A stretch of DNA of 64,000 bases. It comes from Anthoceros angustus (taxonomy: Eukaryota > Plantae > Anthocerotophyta). Under the pieces are notes generated by a model, which did not search any database, was not told where the DNA came from, and worked only from the letters and a program-made list of their open reading frames with translations. The stretch is from positions 186,001-250,000 of the forward strand of contig VJWM01000203.1 in the NCBI GenBank assembly GCA_010909165.1, given 5' to 3'. The translations under genes and the position numbers were made by a program. Below, one piece after another: positions 51,251 through 63,517 of this stretch (its first letter is position 1; every line of letters begins with the position of its first letter).

Positions 51251-54063
51251 GTGTCGTATATTATAAACCCTAAACTTGTGACAGGGAGGGATCCTGCTCT
51301 GGGAAAGCCCCATCTAGACGATGGCTGTCTAGCGAATTCTATTAGTTTCAAACAGCGTTTCCTGGTCACGAACAAGGCAAGGACAGAACTGTTCAACGAG
51401 GTCGTCTTGGTAAATAGCTTGTACAAGCCAGTTTTGGTGGATGCCCAGTTGGATGTGCATTTGGGTTGTAGTGGCATGCGGCCATCCATCTCGAGTTTGC
51501 AGGCCGAGGAGAGGCCTGCAGGATATGGATGGGGAGTGACTCCGAAAACCGTGAGCCAACTATGTCAGCAGGGACATATCAGTGAGGCTGTCGAGGCTCT
51601 GGCAGTTCTGGCGCACTCAAACCCAGTCATTCGTATCCCACACGCGCAAAGAGTGTTTGATGGGCTTCCTGAAAGAGACGTGGTGTTGTGGAATGCCATG
51701 GTGGCAGGATATTCTCAGCACGGCATGAGTCAGGAAGCCCTTCAGCTCTACGCTGATATGCAACAAGAAGGCATCACTGCAGCTGATCCTGTGACATATG
51801 TGTGCCTCCTTCAGGCATGTGCAAGTGAGGGTATTTCGGCATTGGAGAAGGGAAGCAGCTTCATGCACGGATTGAAGAGCGAGGGCTGCAGGCTGATGTG
51901 GTTTTAGCAAACAGTTTGGTAAACATGTATGCTAAATGTGGCAGCCTGGAGGATGCTCAGGGCGTGTTTGACAGCCTTCGTCAAAAGAACGTGGTCACGT
52001 GGACCAGTCTCATAGCCGGTTATTCCCATCAGGCATGGGTCAGGAAGCCCTTTGTCTTTATAGTGCTATGCAAGAAGAAGGCATTGCTGCACCTAATTCA
52101 GTGACATTTGTTTGCCTCCTGCAGGCGTGTGCAAGTGTGGGCACCCCAGCTTTGGAGAAGGGAAGCAGCTTCATGCACAAATTGTGGAACAAGGGCTGGG
52201 GCCGATGTGGCTGTGGCCAACAGTTTGGTAAACATGTATGCAAGTGTGGCAGCCTAGAGGATGCTCAGGGCGCATTTGACAGACTTCAGGAAAAAATGTG
52301 GTGACGTGGACTGCTCTGATAGCTGGATACTCCCAGAAGGGCATGGGTCAGGAAGCCCTTTCTCTGTACGGTGAAATGCAACATGAGGGCATTGCAGCAC
52401 CTGATTCTGTTACATTTCTGTGCCTCCTCCAAGCATGTGCAAGTGTTGGTATCTCTGCCTTGGACAAGGGAAGCAGCTCCATGCACAGATTGGTGACGAG
52501 GGACTTTAACCGATGACTTTGTCGCCAGCAGTTTGGTAAACATGTATGCGAAATGTGGCAGTCTAGAGGATGCTCAGAACGTATTTGACACGCTTAGTCA
52601 AAGGAATGTGGTGACTTGGAATGCCATCATAGCAGGATATTCCCAGCAGGGCAGGGGCAGGAAGCCCTTCGCCTCTACAGTGCGATGCAACAAGAAGGCT
52701 TAATTGCACCTGATTCTGTGACGTTTGTGTGTCTCCTGCAGGCATGTGCAAGTATGGGCACTTCAGCTTTGGAGAATGGGAAACAGCTTCATGCACAGAT
52801 TCGAGAAGGAGGACTTCAAGCCGATGTGTTTCTAGCCAACAGTTTGGTAAATATGTATGCAAGTGTGGGAGCTTGGAAGACGCTCAGAGAGTGTTTGATG
52901 GGCTTTTCCAAAAGATGTGGTGACATGGAATGCCATGATAGCTGGTTATTCGCAGCAGGCATGGGTCTCGAGGCCATTCATCTTTACAGTGCCATGCAAG
53001 AAGAAGGCACTGCTGCACCCTCTGGTATGACATTCGTGGCGCTCTTGCAGGCATGTGCAGATTTGGCAGCTTTACAGCTGGGAAGGCAGCTGCATGTAGA
53101 AATTGAGGAGCAAGGGCTTGAAGTTGATGTGTTCGTAGCCATCAGTCTGATTAACATGTATGCAAAGTCTGGGAGCATGGTTGATGCACAGCAAGTGTTT
53201 GATGCATTGCCCGCAAGAGATGTAGTTGCCTGGAACGCACTGATTGCCGGGTATACTCGTCAAGGGACAGTGAAGTGGTTTTGGCTTGGTTCACAGAATG
53301 GGAGAGGATGGTGTACAGCCAGATGGCATCACATTTGTGAGTGTACTAACAGCATGCAGTCATGCAGGTCTCGTGAGCAAGGGCAAGACTACTTTGAGGA
53401 TATGAGAGGACACTATGGCATCACTCCAATGGCAGAGCACTACTCATGTATGGTTGATCTCCTGGGCCGTGCTGGCCAACTTGATGAGGCCCTCATGGTG
53501 GCAAAGACAATGCCGATACCACCTGATACCACAGTTTGGCACATGCTCTTGGGTGCCTGTCAAAAGTGGAGGAATGTTGAGGTGGGATGCCATGCTTTCA
53601 ATGAAGCAGTGAAGCTTGACCAAAAGATCCATCAGCGTATGTGTTGATGTCGAACATATACGTCAGTGCCCAGATGTGGAAGGAGGCAGAGGAGATGCAA
53701 CAGATTCGAAAAGAGTCGGGGCATGGAAGCAGCCAGGGAGAGCTGGTGGACAGACATGGACGGACTGGTGCATAGTTTTGTGGTTGGGGATAAAAGCATC
53801 CCAAGAGTGAAGGTATGCATGCAGGGTGCAACAGCAAGCTTGCAACATGAAGAGCGAAGGTATGTGCCACATCTAGACTTGTGCTCGGGGACGGACATAC
53901 CTGATGATGACAAGGAAACCCAGTTGGAGTGCACAAGGAGTGCTCTTCTTTAGCTGACTTCCATGATGTAGAGTCCAATGAGGTCCTCTGGCTAAACAAT
54001 TTTGACAGGCCAGTTGCAGTGGAATGCGCAACTGTCTGGTCTGGATATGTAAATGGGGCATGA
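51251..54063 (+). CDS. PLS-class PPR-E1-E2 with DYW:WW-type start, catalytic part broken; many 1-nt frameshifts (errors and/or pseudogene)
   Basis: ORFs 51251, 51898, 51999, 52298, 52616 and 53666 form a collinear P-L-S array, then GAWKQPG-SWWTDMDGLVHSFVVGD (WW box) and YVPHLD...DDDKETQL. After this there is no KLA...CxxC...DYW. The start is undefined. Confidence 0.75.
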
Positions 54064-54109
54064 AACCCCTATATCCGACTAGAGCGTCCTGGATTATGAT
54101 CATTAGCCT

Positions 54110-54683
54110 TCAGATCCCTGCAGGACAGCAAAGGGCAATAACTACTTAAAGCACCTATGACTGTGGCAGCTCACTGAGGCTACTAATGCTTTGGGAGTTC
54201 TGTTTCTGGGTCGCCAGTACTGGTTCATGCCTTGAATGTGAAAATGGGCTACTATTCGGCTACGTTCTTGTGCAATCACATGTTACGACTTTATACCAAG
54301 TTGCAAGAAGCCATGGAGGTGTTTGTTATGGTCAAGAGACCGAATGCCTTCATGTGGTCGTCCGTAATTTCTGCCCCATGTGCAACAGGGACAAGCTAAG
54401 GAGACTATACAACTGTATCACCAGATGCGGAGGTCAAGCGTGAAGCGAGATGGCCATGTGTTTGTGGCAGCCCTACAGGCATGTGCAAGTGTTGGTTTCC
54501 CAGCGTCGGAGAGGGAAGGAAGCAACTTCATGGACAGATTGGTGAGCAGGCGATTCACACTGATGTGGTTGTTGGTTGCAGTCTAGTTAGCAAGTTGCAG
54601 GAGAGCCAAGCATACGCAAGCAGCCTGGCCAGAGCTGGTGGACAGACATGGAGTGACTGGTGCACTGGTTTGTTGTTGGGGAT
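54110..54683 (+). pseudogene. Internally deleted PPR remnant (first S-P-L motifs joined to a WW-box fragment); second copy at ~58855-59424
   Basis: FLCNHMLRLYTKLQEAMEVF...PNAFMW, QGQAKETIQLYHQMRRSSVKRDGHVFVAALQACASVG, then agagctggtggacagacatgg...gttggggat. Confidence 0.7.
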
Positions 54684-54694
54684 CCTAAAAGGCT

Positions 54695-55096
54695 TCACGA
54701 GAGTGACTTTCCCAGTCGGCGACACCTGTGGAAGCGTAGTCTGGAAGATGTTCGAATGGAGCCTTCAAAGGATCGTTCTTAGCCAAGTCGTAAGTCGCTC
54801 CTCTGATGGCATCCTTCTTGGGACCACATGGCCGCTTTGAGGTGACCATGTTGTATGCGGCTTCCAACTGCACGTACAGAGGAGAAAGTTAAGGGAGAGT
54901 GTGAGGATGTGAGAACGGATGCAAGTAAGGAAGGGCTGATCTTGAAGGATGTGAGCTCATGGGTTTACGTACATCTATGTTGTGGAACCAGAAGAGGTAG
55001 GCTATGACAACAGCGGGTGCCCTGCCAAGGCCTGCTGTGCAATGCACGTAAACGGTTCGGCCTTCGAGTTGAGATAGCGCCCGTTCCAGGGCAGAC
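54695..55096 (-). pseudogene. LSF2: Partial LSF2 copy (last two exons)
   Basis: Near-identical to 59435-59835: VYVHCTAGLGRAPAVVIAYLFWF and KRPCGPKKDAIRGATYDLAKNDP. Confidence 0.85.
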
Positions 55097-55432
55097 TGTA
55101 GCTAGGGCATAGACGGACATGGTATATTCAGAATGTGCGATATTTCACTTTCCACGTTCGGCTTCAGCTCGCTTTTGCTTTCGATCTGCAGCGGTCTGAT
55201 GAAGTGAAATAGGCCCAAGCAGCAGCATGCAGGGTGCAACAGCAAGCTTGCAACATGAAGAGCGAAGGTATGCATGCAGGATTGGCAAGCACACGACCAA
55301 CACCATAATCGGCTACGTTCTTGTGCAATCACATGTTACGACTTTATACCAAGTTGCAAGAAGCCATGGAGGTGTTTGTTATGGTCAAGAGACCGAATGC
55401 CTTCATGTGGTCGTCCGTAATTTCTGCCCCAT

Positions 55433-55611
55433 GTGCAACAGCAAGCTTGCAACATGAAGAGCGAAGGTATGCATGCAGGGTGCAACAGCAAGCTTGCAAC
55501 ATGAAGAGCGAAGGTATGCATGCAGGGTGCAACAGCAAGCTTGCAACATGAAGAGCGAAGGTATGCATGCAGGGTGCAACAGCAAGCTTGCAACATGAAG
55601 AGCGAAGGTAT
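55433..55611 (+). repeat. Tandem 47 bp unit (three full copies plus one partial; another copy at ~55225-55271)
   Basis: gcatgcagggtgcaacagcaagcttgcaacatgaagagcgaaggtat at 55471, 55518 and 55565. It is single-copy in the parent PPR (~53817), where it is flanked by a gaaggtatg direct repeat. Confidence 0.9.
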
Positions 55612-58600
55612 GTGCCACATCTAGACTTGTGCTCGGGGACGGACATACCTGATGATGACAAGGAAACCCAGTTGGGTGCACAAGGAGTGCTCTTCTTTGG
55701 CTGACTTCCATGATGTAGAGTCCAATGAGGTCCTCTGGCTAAACAATTTTGACAGGCCAGTTGCAGTCTAGTTAGCAAGTTGCAAGAAGAAGGCACTGCT
55801 GCACCCTCTGGTATGACATTCGTGGCGCTCTTGCAGGCATGTGCAGATTTGGCAGCTTTACAGCTGGGAAGGCAGCTGCATGTAGAAATTGAGGAGCAAG
55901 GGCTTGAAGTTGATGTGTTGTAGCCATCAGTCTGATTAACATGTATGCAAAGTCTGGGAGCATGGTTGATGCACAGCAAGTGTTTGATGCATTGCCCAAG
56001 AGATGTAGTTGCCTGGAACGCACTGATTGCCGGGTATACTCGTCAAGGGACAGTGAAGTGGTTTTTGGCTTGGTTCACAGAATGGGAGAGGATGGTGTAC
56101 AGCCAGATGGCATCACATTTGTGAGTGTACTAACAGCATGCAGTCATGCAGGTCTCGTGAGCAAAGGGCAAGACTACTTTGAGGATATGAGAGGACACTA
56201 TGGCATCACTCCAATGGCAGAGCACTACTCATGTATGGTTGATCTCCTGGGCCGTGCTGGCCAACTTGATGAGGCCCTCATGGTGGCAAAGACAATGCCG
56301 ATACCACCTGATACCACAGTTTGGCACATGCTCTTGGGTGCCTGTCAAAAGTGGAGGAATGTTGAGGTGGGATGCCATGCTTTCAATGAAGCAGTGAAGC
56401 TTGACCAAAAGATCCATCAGCGTATGTGTTGATGTCGAACATATACGTCAGTGCCCAGATGTGGAAGGAGGCAGAGGAGATGCAACAGATTCGAAAAGAG
56501 TCGGGGCATGGAAGCAGCCAGGGGAGCTGGTGGACAGACATGGACGGACTGGTGCATAGTTTTGTGGTTGGGGATAAAAGCATCCCAAGAGTGAAGGTAT
56601 GCATGCAGGGGTGCAACAGCAAGCTTGCAACATGAAGAGCGAAGGGTATGTGCCACATCTAGACTTGTGCTCGGGGGACGGACATACCTGATGATGACAA
56701 GGAAACCCAGTTGGAGTGCACAAGGAGTGCTCTTCTTTAGCTGACTTCCATGATGTAGAGTCCAATGAGGTCCTCTGGCTAAACAATTTTCACAGGCCAG
56801 TTGCAGTCGAATGCGCAACTGTCTGGTCTGGATATGTAAATGGGGCATGAAACCCCTATATCCGACTAGAGCGTCCTGGATTATGATCATTAGCCTTCAG
56901 ATCCCTGCAGGACAGCAAAAGGGCAATAACTACTTAAAGCACCTATGACTGTGGCAGCTCACTGAGGCTACTAATGCTTTGGGAGTTCTGTTTCTGGGTC
57001 GCCAGTACTGGTTCATGCCTTGAATGTGAAAATGGGCTACTATTCGGCTACGTTCTTGTGCAATCACATGTTACGACTTTATACCAAGTTGCAAGAAGCC
57101 ATGGAGGTGTTTGTTATGGTCAAGAGACCGAATGCCTTCATGTGGTCGTCCGTAATTTCTGCCCCATGTGCAAGTGTTTGATGGGCTTTTCCAAAAGATC
57201 CATCAGCGTATGTGTTGATGTCGAACATATACGTCAGTGCCCAGATGTGGAAGGAGGCAGAGGAGATGCAACACGAAAGCAGTGAAGCTTGACCAAAAGA
57301 TCCATCAGCGTATGTGTTGATGTCGAACATATACGTCAGTGCCCAGATGTGGAAGGAGGCAGAGGAGAAAGTTAAGGGAGAGGATGGTGTACAGCCAGAT
57401 GGCATCACATTTGTGAGTGTACTAACAGCATGCAGTCATGCAGGTCTCGTGAGCAAGGGCAAGACTACTTTGAGGATATGAGAGGACACTATGGCATCAC
57501 TCCAAAAACATGGAGTGACTGGTGCATAGTTTTGTGGTTGGGGATCCTAAAGGCTTCACGAGAGTGACTTTCCCAGTCGGCGACACCTGTGGAAGCGTAG
57601 TCTGGAAGATGTTCGAATGGAGCCTTCAAAGGATCGTTCTTAGCCAAGTCGTAAGTCGCTCCTCTGATGGCATCACTCCAATGGCAGAGCACTACTCGCA
57701 CTCCAAAAACATGGGTTTACGTACATCTATGTTGGATATGAGAGGACACTATGGCATCACTCCAATGGCAGAGCACTACTCATGTATGGTTGATGCACAG
57801 CAAGTGTTTGATGGGCTTTTCCAAAAGATGTGGTGACATGGAATGCCATGATAGCTGGTTATTCGCAGCAGGGCATGGGTCTCGAGGCCATTCATCTTTA
57901 CAGTGCCATGCAAGAAGAAGGCACTGCTGCACCCTCTGGTATGACATTCGTGGCGCTCTTGCAGGCATGTGCAACAGGGACAAGCTAAGGAGACTATACA
58001 ACTGTATCACCAGATGCGGAGGTCAAGCGTGAAGCGAGATGGCCATGTGTTTGTGGCAGCTCACTGAGGCTACTAATGCTTTGGGAGTTCTGTTTCTGGG
58101 TCGCCAGTACTGGTTCATGCCTTGAATGTGAAAATGGGCTACTATTCGGCTACGTTCTTGTGCAATCACATGTTACGACTTTATACCAAGTTGCAAGAAG
58201 CCATGTACATGGTAGTGGCCAACTTGATGAGGCCCTCATGGTGGCAAAGACAATGCCGATACCACCTGATACCACAGTTTGGCACATGCTCTTGGGTGCC
58301 TGTCAAAAGTGGAGGAATGTTGAGGTGGGATGCCATGCTTTCAATGAAGCAGTGAAGCTTGACCAAAAGATCCATCAGCGTATGTGTTGATGTCGAACAT
58401 ATACGTCAGTGCCCAGATGTGGAAGGAGGCAGAGGAGATGCAACAGATTCGAAAAGAGTCGGGGCATGGAAGCAGCCAGGGAGAGCTGGTGGACAGACAT
58501 GGACGGACTGGTGCATAGTTTTGTGGTTGGGGATAAAAGCATCCCAAGAGTGAAGGTATGCATGCAGGGTGCAACAGCAAGCTTGCAACATGAAGAGCGA

Positions 58601-59434
58601 AGGTATGTGCCACATCTAGACTTGTGCTCGGGGACGGACATACCTGATGATGACAAGGAAACCCAGTTGGGTGCACACAAGGAGTGCTCTTCTTTGGCTG
58701 ACTTCCATGATGTAGAGTCCAATGAGGTCCTCTGGCTAAACAATTTTGACAGGCCAGTTGCAGTGGAATGCGCAACTGTCTGGTCTGGATATGTAAATGG
58801 GGCATGAAACCCCTATATCCGACTAGAGCGTCCTGGATTATGATCATTAGCCTTCAGATCCCTGCAGGACAGCAAGGGCAATAACGACTTAAAGCACCTA
58901 TGACTGTGGCAGCTCACTGAGGCTACTAATGCTTTGGGAGTTCTGTTTCTGGGTCGCCAGTACTGGTTCATGCCTTGAATGTGAAAATGGGCTACTATTC
59001 GGCTACGTTCTTGTGCAATCACATGTTACGACTTTATACCAAGTTGCAAGAAGCCATGGAGGTGTTTGTTATGGTCAAGAGACCGAATGCCTTCATGTGG
59101 TCGTCCGTAATTTCTGCCCCATGTGCAACAGGGACAAGCTAAGGAGACTATACAACTGTATCACCAGATGCGGAGGTCAAGCGTGAAGCGAGATGGCCAT
59201 GTGTTTGTGGCAGCCCTACAGGCATGTGCAAGTGTTGGTTTCCCAGCGTCGGAGAGGGAAGGAAGCAACTTCATGGACAGATTGGTGAGCAGGCGATTCA
59301 CACTGATGTGGTTGTTGGTTGCAGTCTAGTTAGCAAGTTGCAGGAGAGCCAAGCATACGCAAGCAGCCTGGCCAGAGCTGGTGGACAGACATGGAGGACT
59401 GGTGCACTGGTTGTTGTTGGGGATCCTAAAGGCT

Positions 59435-60576
59435 TCACGAGTGACTTTCCCAGTCGGCGACACCTGTGGAAGCGTAGTCTGGAAGATGTTCGAATGGAGC
59501 CTTCAAAGGATCGTTCTTAGCCAAGTCGTAAGTCGCTCCTCTGATGGCATCCTTCTTGGGACCACATGGCCGCTTTGAGGTGACCATGTTGTATGCGGCT
59601 TCCAACTGCACGTACAGAGGAGAAAGTTAAGGGAGAGGAGTGAGGATGTGAGAACGGATGCAAGTAAGGAAGGGCTGATCTTGAAGGATGTGAGCTCATG
59701 GGTTTACGTACATCTATGTTGTGGAACCAGAAGAGGTAGGCTATGACAACAGCGGGTGCCCTGCCAAGGCCTGCTGTGCAATGCACGTAAACGGTTCGGC
59801 CTTCGAGTTGAGATAGCGCCCGTTCCAGGGCAGACACGGCCTTGGGCAGCTCCTGCCGCAAAGACTGGGCATCGAAATCTCTGGCCTGCAGAAAGTTTAA
59901 CGAAAGAAATCAATGTCGCAGGTCACAAGAGATGCTGTTGAGATCGGCCAAGGTGAAGCAAGTGAGGTACGGGCCCAGCAGCGACGATCCAACGAGAACG
60001 TTAAGCTCACCGGCTTCCGCACATGGAGGATGCCATGATGCTTGCACCTTCGCACCACCGAGTCGATGTCAATGCCCCAATATTGCACGTCCTGGTCCTG
60101 CTGCAAGCTCAAGATCGCGCCCACGTCGTGATCCGAATGAAGACGATCGATATCGGCCGGGCTCTGCGGCTGTGATTGATGATGTTGCTGGTGATGCGCG
60201 TCAAGTGCATCCCTGAGCGATTGCAACACGAAAGCAGTGATCAGAATCGCCCGATGTCGCGGAGTGCACACTCTGTACGTAGGTTGGTGGAGGATGCTCA
60301 CCCAAATCGTGGTGGTACTCGAAGGGATTTCTCATTTGCCGCTGCATGTCGTTGTTGTAATCCTTCGTCTTCCTAACCAGCTGCTGCTGCTTATCTGCCT
60401 GCATAGCAGTTATACTGGTGGAGACGCTGCCCAGCCGCCGAATCTCCCGTGGACACAGGTTCCTGAGACAAATCCTAGCGGCACGCTTTCCCGTGAAGCT
60501 ACTAGTTCTGGATCCAGTGCTGAAACTGTCAATCAATCCGATCGAAATCCAGTTGAAGTGCGCGGTTGGCCCCTGC
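59435..60576 (-). pseudogene. LSF2: LSF2 (Like SEX4 2) glucan phosphatase copy, intron-containing, 5'-interrupted and 3'-truncated
   Basis: YNNDMQRQMRNPFEYHHDLG, PQSPADID...LQQDQDVQYWGIDID, catalytic HCTAGLGR, and RGATYDLAKNDP...VADWE. There is a small deletion/frameshift at the expected IIVGSQPQ, the terminal helix is lost, and no ATG precedes the transit-like segment before the 60577 junction. Confidence 0.85.
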
Positions 60577-60900
60577 CACTACTACACAACATAGGGGTTT
60601 TTAACGCACCCCAAATCACGTGGACAAGTCCCGTTATTTGGGTGCGGGGCATATTTTGTGGACTGCATAATAACGTGCTGCGCCCTCTCGTTATTTCCGG
60701 CCTATGTCACCGGGAGCACCCCGTTCACGCCCTTCACACTTTTCGGTCACACCGGCCGTCTTTGTGCCCGTCCCGGTGCCCGTGCCCGTCCCTGTGTGCC
60801 CGTCCCCGTGCCCGTGCCCGTCCCCGTGCCCGTGCCCGTCCCCGTGCCCGTCCCTGTCCACCCGTTCATTCAAACATTCATATAGTTCTGGAAGACCCCG
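60577..60900 (+). mobile_element. Probable CACTA (En/Spm) terminus with subterminal repeats
   Basis: cactactaca starts exactly where LSF2 similarity to 63548-63590 breaks. A (CCCGTG/CCCGTC)n array follows at ~60766-60855. No matching right TIR was seen. Confidence 0.5.
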
Positions 60901-62111
60901 GTTACAAGATTCGGGCGCTTACAAAAAAAAGCGTGGGTTGAACACGGCATCTCTCCTGGGACAGGATCTACCACTGCACTACTCGCACTCCAAAAAACAT
61001 GGAGTTTATTGATCTCCAAACCATGAGCGGTGGGGCATCGCCTTAGAAGGATAGACGATTCGCCTTAGAAGGATAGACGATTCGATCGAATGTCCTCCAG
61101 CTAAGACACAACTTCAAGGGTCAAGCTCTGGTCTCGCCTACACGGGTGCTCTTTTCCTACACCGCACCAAGGCACACACACAGTTACCACGAGTGTGGAT
61201 CAAAATAATGTCACACATTTTCTCACGATAGCTTAACGAGTTCCCTTGCCTCGCAAAGTTTGGCGACGGCATCGACATTCAGACACATAAAGACCATCAT
61301 CTGGCATGTCTAATTACAAATTCCAAATTTCCAGCAATTGACAAGTCCCATATTTGACCAATGCCTCTAGAGGTAGCTGCCACAAGAATCTGCCCTAAGC
61401 AAGCCTAGGCTCCACCCGCTAGTGAGGCGTGCACGTCCACTACCACCATCTGCCGCAACGTCCGCGGCTCAAACAAGAATGCATACGTCTTGCCAGCAAT
61501 CAGGGCTGAGCCTCTCCGGCTACCAACACAATGGCACGTCTTCACAATGGCGAGTGAAGCTCTCAGCACCTCGAAACCAGCCTGCTCATTAGAAACAAAA
61601 TCCGAGTAGCAGACAAAATCTTCACTGTCATTGTAAACGAAGATGAATTCCTATGCCATGCGAAGACGAAGAGCATCCGTACAGAGAGCACAGTTCCTAT
61701 TCGATCCCAGACATAGGCTGAAGCGTGCCAGTTCCCACTGCCTCCGGATCAAGGAAGCCCGACCCCTTGTCCACAAGCTCCCAAAGCTGATCCCCACATG
61801 GACAACTGCCATCAATTGTGTAGCCTAAATATTTCTTGGCGGTTCATACAGCCGAGGGGAGCATTGAGCATCCACTCACTCTGAAGTGAGGTGGAGAACT
61901 TGTCAATGAAGGTAGTAAAGTGACAAACCTGCAAAACCTCGCAGTCCAATCAACCTTCCAGCGCTTGGCAGGAAGTACAGTGCAGTCCTTTGCACTTATT
62001 CAATTCGCATTCAAATATCCTGCAACATTGTAACACCGACAATGTTGCAGCAACGAGAATCCATTCATGAGAAAGAATGCAGTTATGCCCTTACCATGCA
62101 ACCACCAGCAT

Positions 62112-63517
62112 ACGTGCAAGCCTGCTGTACTTCAGTCACGAATTCTTGCCAAACGTCTCATACCCAGGCAAAGATAGTCGCATGTGCTAGAAATCCTGAA
62201 AAAGAACGGGTAGTAGAGTGTCGGTTGCTGGATCAGCAACGTCCCAATTTTGCTGGATTATGCAGCCCGTCGGAGAGATTGGCCATGGACATGGCTAGAG
62301 TCATCCAGTCAAGTCTTCTACCGCTCAACTACAGTCTTCAACCTGGTTTCAGCTTCGAGCTTTGTAGGCTGCCGCACTTAGCACAATGGATGTAAAGCTT
62401 CGAGAGTCTGAGTGAGGGACCCCAGCAGCAAGCAGCACTTTCGGATGTTGACTTGCCTGACCAGCAGAGTGGAGTTGGGTGTAAAGCGGCGGACTCAGAT
62501 GACACCGAGCCTTCGTTGCACAAAAACTCTGCACCCGAAGGGCGTGTGAACTCCGAGACTCTGCACTCACAGCTCACAAGTCACTGAATGACGAAGAGGT
62601 ATGATTCCCAGCTAGGGCAGAGCTGGGAGGGATCTTCCAGTCTCATCAGCATGCATGAATGGCCAGTAACGACATCGTGCCCTGCTCCCTGCATTGTGCC
62701 TGCTTGCAAGCTGCAGGGAATGGTGGATTCTGCATGAGATGGTGAGGCATATGCCAGTGTGGATTAGGGTGTTGCAGGTGGTTGCAGCCAGGTTGTCAAG
62801 GTTCCGATTCGGATTAGCATATGCTACCTTGGTGTGCACGTCTTGTGAGCAACTGCACCGCATCGGCTTGCTCCTCACCTGGCTGCAACAGGCGGGTGGG
62901 GATGGTTGCGAAACGAAAGATGATCCTCGAGTCCCCAGCTTCTCCGAAGTGGAAACCAAGCTTCTTAGGGTAAAGTATGTACTTAAGTCATTAGGTTGCG
63001 GATACGGCATCACCTAGCACCTAATTTGCTGCCTTGAGTCGAGGAGATGACTCTCCTTTTCCTGACTTGGTCCATCCCTTTGCCTGCAGGGATTCCAGGA
63101 ACAGAACAGAGAATGGATGGAGGAAGTCCGGTGCGAAGCCAGTCTTATCCCGTTCGGGGCGTGGACGTTTCCCACGCGTTCGCCACAGAGACCACCTTTT
63201 ACATCGCTGAGAAGCACAGTGTAGCACGGCGGACGAGGCCAAGGACTGGCGCGCTCTGCCGGCTCGGCGGCGGCGGCTGCTGGACTGCCTGGCCCGGAAT
63301 GATTTGGGCCGTCTACCCCGTATTGAAGAGGATGAACGGTTTTGTGCGTGTTGCTGTCTTCCTACACACAAGGCTGCCACATTTTCACATGCATGCTAGA
63401 GCACACAAATGTCACGGAATTGGGTACAACCATGCCTTCCTGACATCCTTCTGTTCGAGAACCTCGAGACAAGAACCTCGAGACAATAGCTGATAGAATT
63501 GCAGGGGTCGAACCTCC
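62112..63517. repeat. Diverged third copy of the chimeric module (matches 40261-41640)
   Basis: ORF pairs 40480/62349, 40900/62612 and 41169/63047. Contains minus-strand PPR debris (EGMVVPNSVTFVC, IHCAKCGSLQ). Confidence 0.9.

Larger units (their letters stand above)
53473..59835. repeat. Direct repeat 53473-55096 / 58216-59835 enclosing another PPR 3' copy (~55781-57172) and short-fragment mosaics
   Basis: Identical ORF pairs at offset 4743 (53616/58359, 54186/58929, 54380/59123). 55781-57172 repeats ~52996-54384. Confidence 0.9.

Noticed and set aside
29609-54063. Programmed frameshifting or insertional RNA editing to explain broken ORFs
   Set aside because: Indels concentrate in homopolymers, differ between duplicate copies and are absent from the single-copy block. 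Sequencing error or decay is simpler.
55433-55611. Regular 47 bp repeats resembling a CRISPR array
   Set aside because: Head-to-tail with no unique spacers, derived from PPR coding sequence, eukaryotic context, and no cas genes.
60658-61012. ORFs with PV/CP/RA/GH dipeptide repeats
   Set aside because: By-products of the (CCCGTG/CCCGTC)n array.
61200-62050. Possible CACTA transposase or captured exon
   Set aside because: Short stop-interrupted frames with no TnpA/TnpD motifs that I could recognise.
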